Positions 26,404 to 45,804 of a stretch of 64,000 nt of DNA are shown here, piece by piece (position 1 is the first letter of the stretch; every line of letters begins with the position of its first letter). The DNA comes from the human T2T-CHM13v2.0 reference genome, Homo sapiens. The notes beneath the pieces are model-generated. The model was not told where the DNA came from, did no database searches, and was given only the letters and a program-made list of their open reading frames with translations. The stretch lies in assembly GCF_009914755.1 (NCBI RefSeq), contig NC_060947.1; one strand, given 5' to 3'. A program made the translations under genes and the position numbers.

Positions 26404-28666
26404 TGATATGGTTTGGCTCTGTGTCTGCACCCAAATCTCACCTTGAATTGTAATCCCCATAATACCCTCTTGTCAAGGGCAGGACCAGGTTGAGGTAATC
26501 AGGTCATGGGGGCAGTTTCCCCCATGCTGTTTTTGTGGTAGTGAGAGTTTTCGTGATAGTGACTGAATCTCACGAGATCTGATGTTTTATAAGCGTCTGG
26601 CATTTCCCCTGCTTGCACTCATTCTCTCTCCTGCTACCCTGTGAAGAGGTGCCTTCCGCCATGATTGTAAGTTGCATGAGACATGCCCAGCCATGTGGAA
26701 CTGTGAATCAATTAAACCTTTGTTTTTTGTAAATTACCCAGTCACAGGTATTTCTTCATAGCAATGTGAGAACGGACTAATACAGTAAGTTGGTACTGGG
26801 AATAGTACTTTATCTTTACAATAAAGATACCCAAAAATGTGGAAGCAACCTTAGAATTGGGTAACAGGCAGTGAAGAAGACAGGAAAATGTGGGAAAGTT
26901 TGAAACTTCCTAGAGACTTGTTGAATGGCTTTGACCAAAATGCTGATAGTGATATGGACAATGAAGTCCAGGCTGAGGTGGTCTCAGATGGAGGTAAGGA
27001 ACTTGTTGGGAACTGGAATAAAGGTGATACTTGCTATGCTTTAGAAAAGAGACTGGTGGCATTTTGCCCTTGCACTAGAGATCTGTGACACTTTGAACTT
27101 GAGAGAGATGATTTAGAGTATCTAGAAGAAGAGATTTCTAAGTGGCACTGCATTCAAGAGGAAGCAGAGTATAAAAGTTTGGAAATTTTGCAGCCTGACA
27201 ATGTGGCAGAAAAGAAAAACTCATTTTCTAGGGAGATATTCAAGCCCCACCCCCAGAAATTTGCATAAGAAACGAGGAGCCTAATCTTAATCTCCAAGAC
27301 AATAGGGAAAATGTCTCCAGGACATGTCAGAAGTCTTCACAACAGCTCCTGCCATCACACGTCTGGAGGCCTAGGAGGAAAAATTGGTTTCCTGGGCTAG
27401 GCCCAGGGCCTTGCTGCTTCGTGCAGTCTCAGGATTTGGTGCCCTGTATCCCAGCTGCTTCAGCTCCAGCTGTGGCTAAAAGTGACCAAGGTACAGCGTC
27501 AGAGGGTGCAAACCCCAAGCCTTGGCAGCTTCCATGTGGTGTTGAGCCTGTGGGTGCACAGAAGTCAAGAATTAAGGTTTGGGAACCTCCACCTAGATTT
27601 CAGAGGATGTATGGAAATACCTGGAAGTCCAGGCAGAAATTTGTAGCAGGGGCAGAGGCCCTCATGGAGAACCTCTGCTAGGGCAGCACAGAAGGGAAAT
27701 GTGGGGTTGGAGCCCCCACACACAGCCTCACTGAGGCACTGCCTAGTGGAGCTATGAGAAGAGGGCCACCATTCTTCAGATCCCAGAATGGTAGATCCAC
27801 TGACAGCTTGCACCATGCACCTGGAAAAGCAGTAGACACTCAACACCAGCCCAGGAAATTAGCCAGTACAGGGGTGGTACCCTGCAAAGCCACAGAGGCA
27901 GAGCTGCCCAAGGCCATGGGAGCCCACCTCTTGCATCAGCATGACCTGGATGTGAGACATGAAGTCAAAAGGGATTATTTTGGAACTTTAAGGTTCAATG
28001 ACTGCCCTGTTGGATTTCAGATTTTCATGGGGCCTGTAGCCCCTCTGTTTTGGCCAATTTCTCCCATTTGGAATGGGTGTATTTACCTAATGTCTGTACC
28101 CCCATTGTATCTAGGAAGTAACTAACTTGCTTTTGATTTTACAGGCCCATAGGTAAAAGTAGCTTCCCTTGTTTCAGATGAAACTTTAGACTTGGACTTT
28201 TGGGTTAATGCTGGAATGAGGTAAGACTTTGGGGGACTGTCAGAAGGTATGATTGTGTTTTGAAATGTGAGAACATGAGATTTGGGAGGGGCCAGGGGCA
28301 GAATGATATGTTTTGGCTCTGTGTCCCCACTCAAATCTCACTTTGAATTGTAATCCTCATAATCCCTACTTGTCAAGGGTGGGACCAGGGGCAGTAATCA
28401 GATCATGGGGGTAGTTTCCCCCATGCTGTTTTCGTGATAGTGAGTGAGTCTCCTGAAATCTGATGGTTTTGTAAACGTCTGGTATTTCCCTTGCTTGCAC
28501 TCATTCTCTCTCCTGCCACCCTGTGAAGAGGTGCCTTCTGCCATGACTGTAGGTTTAATGAGGCATCCCCAACCATGTGGAACTGTGAGTCAATTAAGTC
28601 TCTTTTCTTTCTGAATTAGCCAGCCTTGGGTATTTCTTCATAGCAGAGTGATAATGGAGTAATACA
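26404..28666 (+). mobile_element. Full-length THE1D-like MaLR provirus (5'LTR 26404-26784, internal 26785-28303, 3'LTR 28304-28666)
   Basis: Two LTRs tgatatg..aataca; polypurine tract gggaggggccaggggcagaa before the 3'LTR; perfect TSD ATTAA (26399-26403/28667-28671); internal decayed ORF MWESLKLPRDLLNGFDQNADSDMDNEVQAEVVSDG typical of THE1-int. Confidence 0.95.
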
Positions 28667-29915
28667 ATTAATAAGGCTACTTTGTGAGTTTTGAATGTTA
28701 GGCTAAGGGATTTATATTCTATTCAAAAATGCTCCATCTCCAGTTAAAATCCATTTATTTCTCTTCTAGCCTCAGTAATAAAACAGATACAATTTGAGGA
28801 AAGGAAAAGCAAGTCATTTCAAATACCCAGTAACATTGCAGTGCTGTACTACAGATTATTCTGATGGACTTATTTATGAGTTTTATAAAATTAATCAATA
28901 AACACATTTTAATACTTCCTATTTGCCCTACACTACAAAATGTAAACTTTCCATTTTTTACCTGCTTTTTGCTAAATGGAGAGATTTTTTGATCTAGTTA
29001 ATATGTTATTGTAAACTGATGATAATACATTTTCAAGTACTTAAGGCATCAACACAACATTCATTTGATTCTTCAAGCACCATTAAATTAAAACCCTAAC
29101 AGCACTATGAAGTGTTAGCAGCACATATAAGTCAAAAAAGCGTTAATCAGTGCGACACTATCTTAAAATGGCCAGCTACCCAAGTGATGGCTCCACTATC
29201 CCATCTAATCAAGACAGGGAACTGCTAAGGTGATGCACAGCTAAATGTATCACTATCTACAGTGCTGAAACTGGAAAGAGCATGCTAGAGATCCTCAGTG
29301 GCATTCAGTACTCTCTGTACCAATTAAACATGTAGTAGCATGGAATCTAAGAGCACAAGATATATACTTTTGGATCTAAGTTGTTAGATTCCGATCAGTA
29401 AAATACCAACTTCATATTTTTTTTTTACAAAAAAAACTAGCATTTTATGATACATATTCACAAGGGGATAACCTTCTGCAGAATAATGTGATTCTAATTT
29501 TTACATTCTTTTGCTGACTGATTTAAAGCCTAGTTTATTTCTACCTGTACAAGATGAGGATGTTTCACTTACAATGAAGACACAAATAGCTCTAATATAG
29601 AAGTTGTATTACCTCATAATATATTAGGCTGGATAACCAGTGTGTGTTGATTTACCAACACTACTGACATTTGGCATTTACTTTAATTTCTAGTCATCTC
29701 TAAGAATCTGAGTCATATATTCATTATATGAACTCAGCAATATGAAATGGAGGACTATCAAAAGTGATATATATCTGGGGTTATACAGTTATGTATATTA
29801 ATTTATATTAAATTAATCTGCATCTTACATAACATAATATGGACCATCCATCTTTGAAGAGGAGGAGAGTCATTTCTTTGAGTTTATTGTTTTGATATCA
29901 AGAGTTTGCCTCACA

Positions 29916-33345
<3,430 letters not shown>

Positions 33346-33384
33346 ATTTCACAAAGCAAAACAAAAACTCACCAATAACAAAAT

Positions 33385-34290
33385 TCTAGGCATTCTCCTT
33401 CACTTTAGAAACAAACAAGAATACCTACCTTCTATTTTTAAATATTGTAATGAAAATTGTTGGTAAAGTAATAAGACATGAAAGGAAATAAAAGGGATAA
33501 ACACTAGTAAGAAAAAAGAATAGTATATCATTCACTTATGACATAATTATATACCTATAAAACCTAGTTTACTAAAATTATTAATAAAATAGTTATTAAT
33601 AATTTTAGTTGATTAAAAAATATTCAAAATAATACAACAACATTAAAAACTGGCCAGATATAAGATAAATATTGAAAAGTCAACAGCATTTATTTAACAT
33701 AACAAAACTTCATTATGTTAAATCAACTTAAGTTTGACCAGAAGTAGCCTGGGTACCTTGAGTCCCTGTGTAGAAAACTGCAACCTAAATTTTTAAACAA
33801 ACTGAAAGCCTAACTCTGGAGTATATTTCTGTAACAAATAGCTGAGTCACAGATAATTACAGCATATGAGCTTCAGCCAATCACAGGCTGCCAACTGATC
33901 AGATCATGACCAAATAAGGCAAATGCCAGATGTAACCAAGCAAGCTATTTCTGTACATCACTCTTGTTTTCTCTCTGTAATTACTGCCTTCCCATGTTGC
34001 AGAGTGGAGCTCAATGAACGTCTTCTGGTTTGGAGGCTGCTCAATTCATGAATCATCTTTTGCTCAAATAAACTTTTAAATTTAATTTATCTGAAGTTTT
34101 TCATTTCATAATTAATAATGACAACAGTTCTTAGAAATAAATTTAAATAGATATATATTGGACCTTTATAAAATGTAACCTCAAATGTGTATTGTGAAAC
34201 CTTTATAAATTCATGAATAGAGAAACCTGAGTGAGAAGAGGAAGTAAAAGTATTTGTACACTCCAAATTGCTTAGTATATTTAATATAAT
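33385..34290 (+). mobile_element. Ancient L1M ORF2 remnant, interrupted by an LTR
   Basis: Degenerate RT motifs (aataagacatgaaaggaaataaaagggata; tatgacataattatatacctataaaacct). Confidence 0.55.
33716..34110 (+). mobile_element. ERV1 solo LTR, MER57 family
   Basis: tgttaaa start; cagccaatcacaggctgccaactg, caaataaggcaaatgcc, tgctcaaataaac..aaatttaatttatctgaagtttt; possible TSD atta. Confidence 0.8.
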
Positions 34291-34587
34291 TACCGTATAA
34301 CTCAGACCAGGGATCAGACCCAGGGGTAGATGGCTCAGTGAATCATCTTAGGGTTTATATAAGAAAATAAAGAATAAGAATATACAGCGACATCTCCTGG
34401 AAATGAAAAACAATGTGCTTGAAGTGGAGGGTGAAATTTGGGATTATTCATTTTTAAAACATCTGTTTTACAATTTTTACAAAATATCAAAAAATATAAT
34501 TCTTCCTGAGGAAGAAATAGAGATATGGTTAAGTGGAACATAATTGATTGTAAATAGATAAAATCATATATAAAAGCAATACATCCA

Positions 34588-36437
<1,850 letters not shown>

Positions 36438-36439
36438 AT

Positions 36440-37640
36440 TTTTCTTCTCCTTGAAGGTTTTTGTAATTTTTTCTTCATCTCAGTGTTCCCCAATTTCATA
36501 AATTATGCCTTCTTTCTGCTTGGATTCATTGTGCTGGCCATTTGGCAGGTCTTTTCCATCTGGAAATGAAGGTACTTTCAGTTCTGGGAAATTTTCTTTA
36601 TTTTTAAAATGAATTTTCTTTACAATTCCATTTCTTCTCTTTTCCCAGGGCCATTATTATCAAAATGTGCATCTTATGTAAGGATCCTCTACTTTTCCTT
36701 TATTTACTCTACTATTTTACATTTATTTATTTATTTTTCTTTTCTGGAACACATGCTCAAATGTATCATCTGATCCTTCTACTGATTAGTTTTTAAATGA
36801 TAACTATAGTATTTTTATTTTCAAGAACCTTTTATTCTTCTTTTAATACTTCTTTTTTATACTGTACTGCTCTTATGTCATGAAAACAATGTATTTTTTA
36901 TTTATTCCTATTAGGATACTAATTAAAGTTCTATTTTTATGATTTCCTTCTGCTTTTTGCATTGATTTTGCTTCCTCTAAGTTTTTTTTTGTTTGTTTGT
37001 TTTGGTGTCTGCTATTGTTAAAGTCTTCCTTCAAATACTGGGCAATTCTTGGCTGCCAACTCATATTTAAGAGGCAGATACTAAGATGTGACTTAGAAGC
37101 TATATGTTTATGGATAGGAGTTGTCCAATGGTGATATTTTCTCTTGAGAGGATTTATTTTCTAGGGAAACATTTCCTAGGGTTTATTTTCCCTATAAACA
37201 TTTCCGTAGAAAATAACCCTCTAATCTTCTGCTAGGGGAAACTAAGACTGATTTCCTGAGTTCTAATTGTTTCCCCTACAAACTTGCAATCAATCTTCCT
37301 GTCTTCAACTTTTTCCTCCGCCTTTGGAGGAAACTAACATCTCCTATTATTACTATATTTCTGGGCTCCGCAGCATATTTTTGGCTTATTCCTCCTTGAC
37401 TTTTCCCAGTGTCATTGCGTTGGTTTCAGCCCTTCCAACTCCGCTAAGTGAATTCCTATTTCTTCATGTGCTTTCCAGCTTCCAATAATGTTTACATCCT
37501 TCTGGTTTGCTGATGTCTCTCATTTTGTTTGACCTTGTGGATGTATGCAATTTCTATTCACTTGTTTTTATTTCAGTCGAGTCCTGGGAGTAGAAGCTAG
37601 CACACATCTTTAAACCGACATGTTTAACTGGACTTCTGAT
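36440..37640 (-). mobile_element. HAL1 (half-L1) remnant
   Basis: Minus ORF MSWQPRIAQYLKEDFNNSRHQNKQTKKNLEEAKSMQKAEGNHK..LISIL resembles the HAL1 ORF N-terminus (recalled). Confidence 0.6.
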
Positions 37641-37789
37641 CCATTTTGCATTTCATATTTCAGTAACAAATAAGTGTTATTACTGAGGTTTTTTTAGCTA
37701 ATAAGTGGAGGAAGGTCATTCTAAGCCTAAGGAACATGAAAAAGAACAGTAAATTATGAAGTAGTATTGGCTGTGCAGCAAGAGGAGCT

Positions 37790-38385
37790 GCAAATAAATA
37801 ACCTGCACAGCTTAATTCAAGCATCATCCCTTACAGGAAGTTTTCCCTGATCCCCCGAATCTTGTTGCCTGCAATCCTTGAGACCAAACTAAGTGTTCCC
37901 CATCTGTATTCCAAATATACTCTGTGTATATCTCCATTACCATTCCTATTACAATATATTGTTTTAATATTACTATATTAAATGGTGTATCTGTCTCTGC
38001 TTCCATTCTCCCTGGAGACCTAAGGATGTTTTATTCATCTTTGTATCCCCAGCATTAAGAAACGTGACTTACTTAAAATAATTTCTGAGTACATGTTTTC
38101 CTTTTTAAAATATATAAACTCGCCTGTACTTGCTCACTCTCTCGTTCTATCAGTTGTCCTCCCTCATGGCTATATTTTCAATCTCTCTCTTGATGGGTTC
38201 TTTCTATTTCAACTATCCATATGATCAGATTCATTCTCTAAAAAACCACCCATTTATCTACCTCACTTTCTCATCAGGTAACTTTACTATTTCGCTTCAT
38301 CCTTTATTCCTAAACTTCAGGATTAATAGAACACTCTCACCAACTCTACTTCTCTTCACTTCTCACCTATTTCTCAACCCATTTC
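37790..38385 (+). mobile_element. L2 fragments
   Basis: catcatcccttacaggaagttttccctgatcccc..tgttttattcatctttgtatccccagca. Confidence 0.6.
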
Positions 38386-38387
38386 AC

Positions 38388-39073
38388 AGAGTGAATCAGT
38401 TAGAGTTTAATAAGAGAAGGGTGCCACTAGAAGAGAAACACACACACACACACATACACACACACATATGCACACACACATGCACACAAATGATAAGGGA
38501 TTTGATCTTATACAGCTGTAGGAACTGGCTAGCATCTGTGTGAAGAAACTCTTAGTTCTGTTTATAGTACAGAAGCCTGAAAGTCAGCAGGGTAGGCAGT
38601 TGGGATGGAATGACAGATGTGAAGTGGAGGAAGTGGAGCAAATTGCAATCTGTTAGGGTGTACTGAAACCTACAAGGATAGGCTAAATCTCTCATTAGTC
38701 TCTCATTACCTCCAAACCTCCAACTGTGATGAAGGAGTGATCTGGAGGTGAAGATTTTGCCCTTTGTGTCACTAAACAAACATATAACCTAAGAATCAGA
38801 AAAGCTGAAGGAGATCCAGCAAGAGGAGGAGTTGCTGTGAGCCTGGCTTCTGCCCCATGCCAAAAAGGTGAGCCAGTAGATAAGCAATAATATTCATATG
38901 CTGCAAAAGTTCCTTATGTCTTGCCTTAAACTCCTGAGTGTAAGACAAGATATCTGCTGTTTCTCATCCACATTCCAAATAAACAAAATACTTCCAGAGA
39001 GCCACGTTATTCTAGAGCTATACAGAGAAAGGAATTGTAGGAAATAAAATTCCAGTTTAACTATGTTCACACA
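38388..39073 (-). mobile_element. Old ERVL LTR (MLT2-like) containing a (CA)n tract at 38438-38488
   Basis: aagggatttgatcttatacagctgtaggaactggc..gcagggtaggcagttggga; ends ggaattgtaggaaataaaattccag..cacaca. Confidence 0.5.
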
Positions 39074-39340
39074 AAAACCTGCTTTCTGTTCCTCACCTTG
39101 CCATTAAAATTGCTGTCACAAAATTATCAATTTCCTTCTATTTGCACAATTCAAAAACCTATTTTCAGTCCATACTATACATAATTATTCCATAATACTT
39201 AGTACAATTGATGAATTCCTCTTTTATGAAATTTGCTTGTTATATTATTCAATATTTTCTCTGACCTTTGGGATTATTCCTTCTCCGTCTCCTTCACTGG
39301 CTTCTATTCTGCCATTTTATTTGTTTTTACACTCTGTTCT

Positions 39341-39701
39341 TGCTACGGACTGAATGTTTGTGTTTCCCCTAAATTAACATGCTGAAGTCCTAATCTGCAA
39401 TGTGTTGGTATTTGGAGATAGGAACTTCAGGAGGTAATTAGGTCATGAAAATGAAGCCCTTATGAATATATTAGTTCCACTGTAAGAAGAGACATGAAGA
39501 TGTTCTCTCTTTAGGCCATGTGAGGATACAGCAAGAAGGCAACTGTTTGCAAACCAGGAAGAAGGCCCTTGTCTGACACTGAATCTGTCATCACCTGGAT
39601 CTTGGACTTCCCTGCTTCCAGAACCATGAGAAATTAAGTTCTGTTGTTTATGTTATCCAGCCAATGGTATTTTGTTATAGTAACCCAAGAAAACTAAAAC
39701 A
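39341..39701 (+). mobile_element. MLT1A-type MaLR solo LTR
   Basis: tgctacggactgaatgtttgtgtttcccc..ccatgtgaggatacagcaagaaggc..ggtattttgttatag..actaaaaca; TSD gttct/gtttt. Confidence 0.88.
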
Positions 39702-39961
39702 GTTTTTATGTCTCTACTTTTTATGCTTTTTCAATTATTGTACATGGTGTGAGGTAGGAGTCAAGATCCACAATTTTGCAGCAACTCAACATAATTCAAC
39801 TAGAAACTTAGTCTTTCCCAATGACAGAGTAATCTTTCTCATGAATAAAGAAATTGTATATGTATGCGTCTGTTTCTGGACATTCTTTATTTCCTTTCAT
39901 CTATTTGCTATCCATGCATTAATACCACACTGTCTTATTTACTCTAGCTTTATAGTATAGT

Positions 39962-40612
39962 GGGTGGGGGGGGGGGAATGGGAAGTTAGTATTTAATGGA
40001 AGTGGAATTTTAGTTTTTGAATATAAAAGAAGTTCTGAGGACAAATGGTGGCAATCATTCCATAACAATGTGAATATACTTAATACCACTGAACTGCATG
40101 CTTAAAAATGGTTAGACTGCAATAGCAAAGACATGGAATAAATCTAGGTGTGCATCAAGAGTGGATTAAAGAAATGTGATACATATATACCATGCAATAC
40201 TATACAGCCATAAAAATATGAACTCATGTCTTTTGCAGCAGCATGGATGCAGCTAAATGCCATCATCCTAAGTGAATTAATGCAGAAACAGAAAACCAAA
40301 TACCTCATGTTCTCACTTATAAGCAGGAGTTAAATCTTGGGTACACATGGATGTAAAGACAGGAACAATAAACACTGGGAACTACAAAAGGAGGGAGTAA
40401 GGCGGCGGGGCGGTGGGAGCAAGGCCTGATAGCCTTCCTACTGGGTACTACATTTACTATCTGGGTGATGGGATTAATAGAAGCCCAAACTTCAGCATCA
40501 CACAACATCTCATTGTAACAAACCTGCACATGTACCCTTTGAATCTAAAATAAATATTGAAATAAAAAATGGTTAGAATGGTAAATGTTGTTATATATAT
40601 TTTATCACAAAA
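39962..40612 (+). mobile_element. L1MB/MC 3' end split by a younger L1
   Basis: gggaatgggaagttagtatttaatgg..aatgtgaatatacttaataccactgaactg..aaaatggtt; resumes at 40578. Confidence 0.75.
40117..40564 (+). mobile_element. 5'-truncated L1PB4-like 3' end
   Basis: aatagcaaagacatggaa..aacctgcacatgtaccctttgaatctaaaataaa; TSD aaaaatggttaga 40104-40116/40565-40577. Confidence 0.9.
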
Positions 40613-40618
40613 AGCCAC

Positions 40619-40952
<334 letters not shown>

Positions 40953-40989
40953 CTATGATATTAGCTATCATATCATTCCCTCCTATATC

Positions 40990-42630
40990 TCTGAGAAATC
41001 ACTAATGTTGTCCTTTTTCTACAGATTTTCCTGTTTTGAATATTTAATATGAATGGAATTATATACGTGGTCTTTTGTGACTTGTTTCTTTGAGTTAGCA
41101 TAATGTTTTCAAGGTATTCATGTAGAATGCATCAGTACATCCTTAATTTTTCATGGACAAATTATATTATCATATATGGATGAATACTAGGGATATACCA
41201 CATTTTGTTTATTCATCAGTTGATGGACATTTGAATTGTTTCTGCTCTTTGGCCATTATAATAATGCTGGTATAAACATTGATGTACAAGTTTTTGTGTA
41301 AGTGTATGTTTTTATTTCTCTTAGGTATACACCTAGAAGTGAAATTCATAGGCCGTGTAACACCACAATGAATAACTTGGGGAACTGTTATATCTACTTA
41401 CCATATCTAAGAATACTTTGCAAACTCTGTGGTGAAAATTTACCCTGTTTTCTTCTATGAGCTCTACAGTTCTAGCTCTTACATTTAGGTGTTTGATTTA
41501 TTTTGAGTTAACTTTTGTATATGGTGTCAGGTGAGTCTGGCTTTTTTTCTTCTTTTCCATGTCACTATACAGTTATTGCAGCACCATTTGTGGTGAAGAA
41601 TATACTTTCTAAATTGAATATTATTGACATTTCTCAAAAATCAGTTGTACATTGGAATATGATTTATGATCTGGATTTTCAATCCCTCTATTGATATACA
41701 TGCTTGTTCTTCTGGCAGTATCACATTACCTTATTAACTGCTAACTTTATGGTAAGTTTTAAAATCAGGAAATGTGAGGACTGCTTTTTCTTCTTTTTCA
41801 ATATTACTTAGCTATTCTGGGTACCTTGAAATTTCTTATGAGTTTTAGAATCAGCTTGTCAATTTCTAAAATAAAAATCAGCTGAGATTCTAATAGGATT
41901 TGCATTGTATCTGCAGATTAACTTGTATAATATTATCATTTAACAATATTAACTCTTCCAATTCATGAACATGTGGGTTTTTTTCCAATTATTTAGATCT
42001 TCATTAGTTTCTTTTAACAATGCTTTTTGTAGTTTTCAGAGTATAAATTTTGCACTTATTTGGTTAAATTTATTCCAAAGTATTCTGTTCCTTTTGATAA
42101 TACTATAAATGAAATAGTTTCTTTTTTTCCTTGGATTGTTCATCACAAATGTGTAGAAATACAATTGATTTTTGTATGTTGCTCTTGTAAACTATAATTT
42201 GCTAAACTTGTTTATTAGTTCTATCAGTTTTTTAGTGCATTCCTTGGGATTTTCTATATACAAGCCCTGACATCTTGAGTAGAAATAGTTTAATTCTTCC
42301 TTGCTAATCTGAATGCCTCTTTTTTTCTTTTTCTTGCCCAATTGCCCTGGCTAGAACCTCCAGTATGGTGATGAATGGAAGTGGCAAGAATGGGCATCTT
42401 TGACTTATTTCAGACATGAGGGAAATGCATCTAGTCTTCCACAGTTAAGTATAATGTTAGCGGTGGGTTTTTGTAGAATATCTTTATCATGATGAGAAAG
42501 TTACTTCTATTCCTAGTTCTTGATTTTTTTTATTATAAAAGAATATTAGACTTTGTCACATGCCTTTTCTGCACTTATTGGTATGACTGTGTGATTTTTG
42601 TTTTTTATTCTATTGATATGCACTATTATC
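40990..42630 (-). mobile_element. Old L1M (L1MB/MC-like) 3'UTR and ORF2 remnant
   Basis: gcataatgttttcaagg..ttgatggacatttgaattgtttc..ttgccctggctagaacctccagta. Confidence 0.8.
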
Positions 42631-43470
42631 TTAACTCTTGTGTGGCCCTGCATGGTATTCAGTGTCTTCCTCCCCCAAGCTGTGAGTATATGTTACTAAT
42701 AAACTGCTATAATTCTCATCTTTTCAATGTTAAGCATCATATATTCAGCCATCGCCATAACCCTATGGTGGGAATTCCTTTCTCGCTATTTGGGTGAATT
42801 GGAGATGACTAAACCAATTGGTATCAAGAATAGGATGGCCTAACTTTAACTGATGACACCTGGTCAGCTTTAACTTACTGTTTTGCCTAATTAACTGGTT
42901 CCATGATATAGCAAAGGGTGTCTTAGATAGATCCAAAGATTACTGGTGGTCTTCCACATTGGCCTACGTGGTACTGTGTTGTCTTTGTAAGATAATGCCA
43001 TCTCTTCCCATCCTGAAACTGTCTGGTCCCCACAAAATAATTGTTGTTAATTGACTATAATCCAGTGTGCCATGTCACTGGGTTTGCCCTATATTTTGTA
43101 GGTGTGATGGTTGATATTGAGTGTCAACTTAATTGGATTGAAGGATGCAAAATATTGATCCTGGGTGTGTCTGCGAGGGTGTTGCCAAAGGAGATTAAGA
43201 TTTGAGTCAGTGGGCTGGGAAAGGCAGACCCACCCTTAATCTGTGTGGACACAATCTAATCAGCTACCAGTGAATATAAAGCAGACAGAAAAATGTGAAA
43301 AGGCTAGACTGGCCTAGCCTCCCAGCCTACGTCTTTCTCCCATGCTGGATGCTTCCTGCCCTGGAACATTAGACTCCAGGTTCTTCAGTTTTGGGACTTG
43401 CACTGGCTCTCCTTGCTCCTCAGATTGCAGATGGCCTATTGTGGGACCTTGTGATCGTGTGAGTTAATAA

Positions 43471-43473
<3 letters not shown>

Positions 43474-43509
<36 letters not shown>

Positions 43510-43681
43510 TATATATATATGTGTATATATATATGTATATATTACATATATATGTATATATATGTATATATTCATATATATGTATATATATGTATATATT
43601 ACATATATATGTATATATATGTATATATGTATATATTACATATATATGTATATATTAAACATATATATTATACATATATAT
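43474..43681. repeat. ~210-bp TA-rich microsatellite/minisatellite inside the 5' MLT2A LTR
   Basis: (TA)n followed by recurring atatatatgtatatatatgtatatattac units. Confidence 0.95.
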
Positions 43682-45804
43682 CTGACTAATACAGATTTTG
43701 GTATCAGGTGTGGTTCTAGAGGAACAGAATATTAAAATGGAGTGGTTTCAATGGTTTTGGGGTTTCTGGAGTTGGCTGCTTAATATGATTATGCCCCAAA
43801 ATGCTAAGGACTCTCTTCTAATAGTATGGAGAACATTGATAGTCCTTGGCATGAACTGTTTAGAGAGTTATGCAAAATAAATGCATTTGACACTACTGAT
43901 TCACCGCTCATGAGAGGCAAGGACATTAGTGGCTCCATACATAATATCTTTGACCAAATGTGGAGAACAAAGGCTGACTGGCTAGGGCCACTGCTGAGTG
44001 CCCAGTTTTCCAGCAGCAGAGACCAACACTGAGCCCTTGATATGGCACCATTCCTTGGAGTGATCAGCAAGCTACCTGGTGGCAGGTTGATTATATTGGA
44101 CCTCTTCCATCATGGAAAGGGCAGAGGTTTCTCCTCACTGGAATAGATGCTTACTCCAGATATGGGTTTGCCTATCCTGCATGCAGTGCTTCTGCCAAGA
44201 CTACCATCTGTGGACTCACGGAATGCCTTATCCACCGTCATGGTATTCCACACAGCATTCCCTGTGACCACAGCACACACTTTATGGCTAAAGAAGTGTG
44301 GCAGTAGGCTCATGCTCATGGAATTCACTAGTCTTACCATGTTCCCCATCATCCTGAAGTAGCTGGATTAATAGAACAGTGGAATGGCCTTTGGAAGTCA
44401 CAATTACAATGCTTACTAAGTGAGAATACTTTGCAGGGCTGGGGCAAAGTCCTCCACAAGGCCATGTATGCTCTGAATCAGCGTCCAATATATGGTACTC
44501 TTTCTCCCATAGCCAGGATTCATGGGTCCGGGAATCAAAGGGGGAAAGTGGAAGTAGCACCACTCACCATCACCCCTAGTGATCCACTAGCAAAATTTTT
44601 GCTTCCTGTTTCTGCGACATTAGGTTCTGCTGGTCTAGAAGTCTTAGTTCCAGAGGGAGGAATGCTGCCACCAGGAGACATAACAACGATTCCATTAAAC
44701 TGGAAGTTAAGATTGCCACCTGGAAACTTTGGGCTCCTCCTACGTTTAAGTCAATGGCTAAGAAGGGAGTTACAGTGTTGGCTTGGTGACTGACCCGAAT
44801 TATCAAGATGAAATCAGTTTATCACTCCACGACAGAGGTAAGGAAGAGTATGCATGGAATACAAGAGATACATTAGGGCATCTCTTAGTATTACCATGCC
44901 CTGTGATTAAGGTCAATGGGAAACTACAATGGCAGGACTACAAATGGCCCAGACCCTTCTGAAATGAAAGTTTGGGTCACTCCACCAGGAAAAAAAACAC
45001 AACCTGCTGAGGTGCTTGCTGAAGGCAAAGGGAATACAAAATGAATAGTAGAAGAAGATAGTCATCAATACTAGCTACGACCACGTGACCAGCTGCAGAA
45101 ACAAGTACTGTAATTGTCATGAGTATTTCCTCCTTTATTTGTTAAAAATATGTTTGTGCATGTATACACTTGTACTAAGAAAATATCTTCATTTTGTTTT
45201 CTTTTTCCTTTATCATGTGACATAAGATTTATTGACTTTATATCAGCATTTAAGTATTAACTTTATGTAATAGTATTTAGGTTGGAGATTGGTGTGTTTC
45301 CAGTTGTACAAAGGATAGTTGTATTATGTTAGGTGCAATTATGACCTTATTATTTTCTTTATTTGAAGATTATGTATAATTTCAGGAGATGTATATGGGT
45401 TCAAGTTAACAAGGGGTGGACTTGTGATGGTTAGTACTGAGTGTCTACTTGATTGGATTGAAAAAGGCAAAGTATTGATCCTGGGTGTGTCTGTGAGGGT
45501 GCTGCCACAGGAGATTAACATTTGTGTCAGTGGGCTGGGAAAGGCAGACCCACCCTTAATCTGGGTGGGAACCATCTGATCAGCTGTCAGTGAATATAAA
45601 ACAGACAAAAAAGATGTAAAAAGGCTAGACTGGCCTAGCCTTCCAGCCTACATCTTTCCCCCGTGCTGGATGCTTCCTGTCTTTGAACGTTGGACTCCAA
45701 GTTCTTCAGTTTTGGGACTTGGACTGGCCCTCCTTGCTCCTCAACTTGCAGACGGCCTACTGTGGGACCTTGTGATCATGTGAGTTAATACTTAATAAAC
45801 TCCC

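Noticed and set aside
38130-38543. 137-aa hydrophobic ORF
   Set aside because: Spans L2-like pyrimidine-rich DNA, an LTR and a CA repeat; no homology recognised
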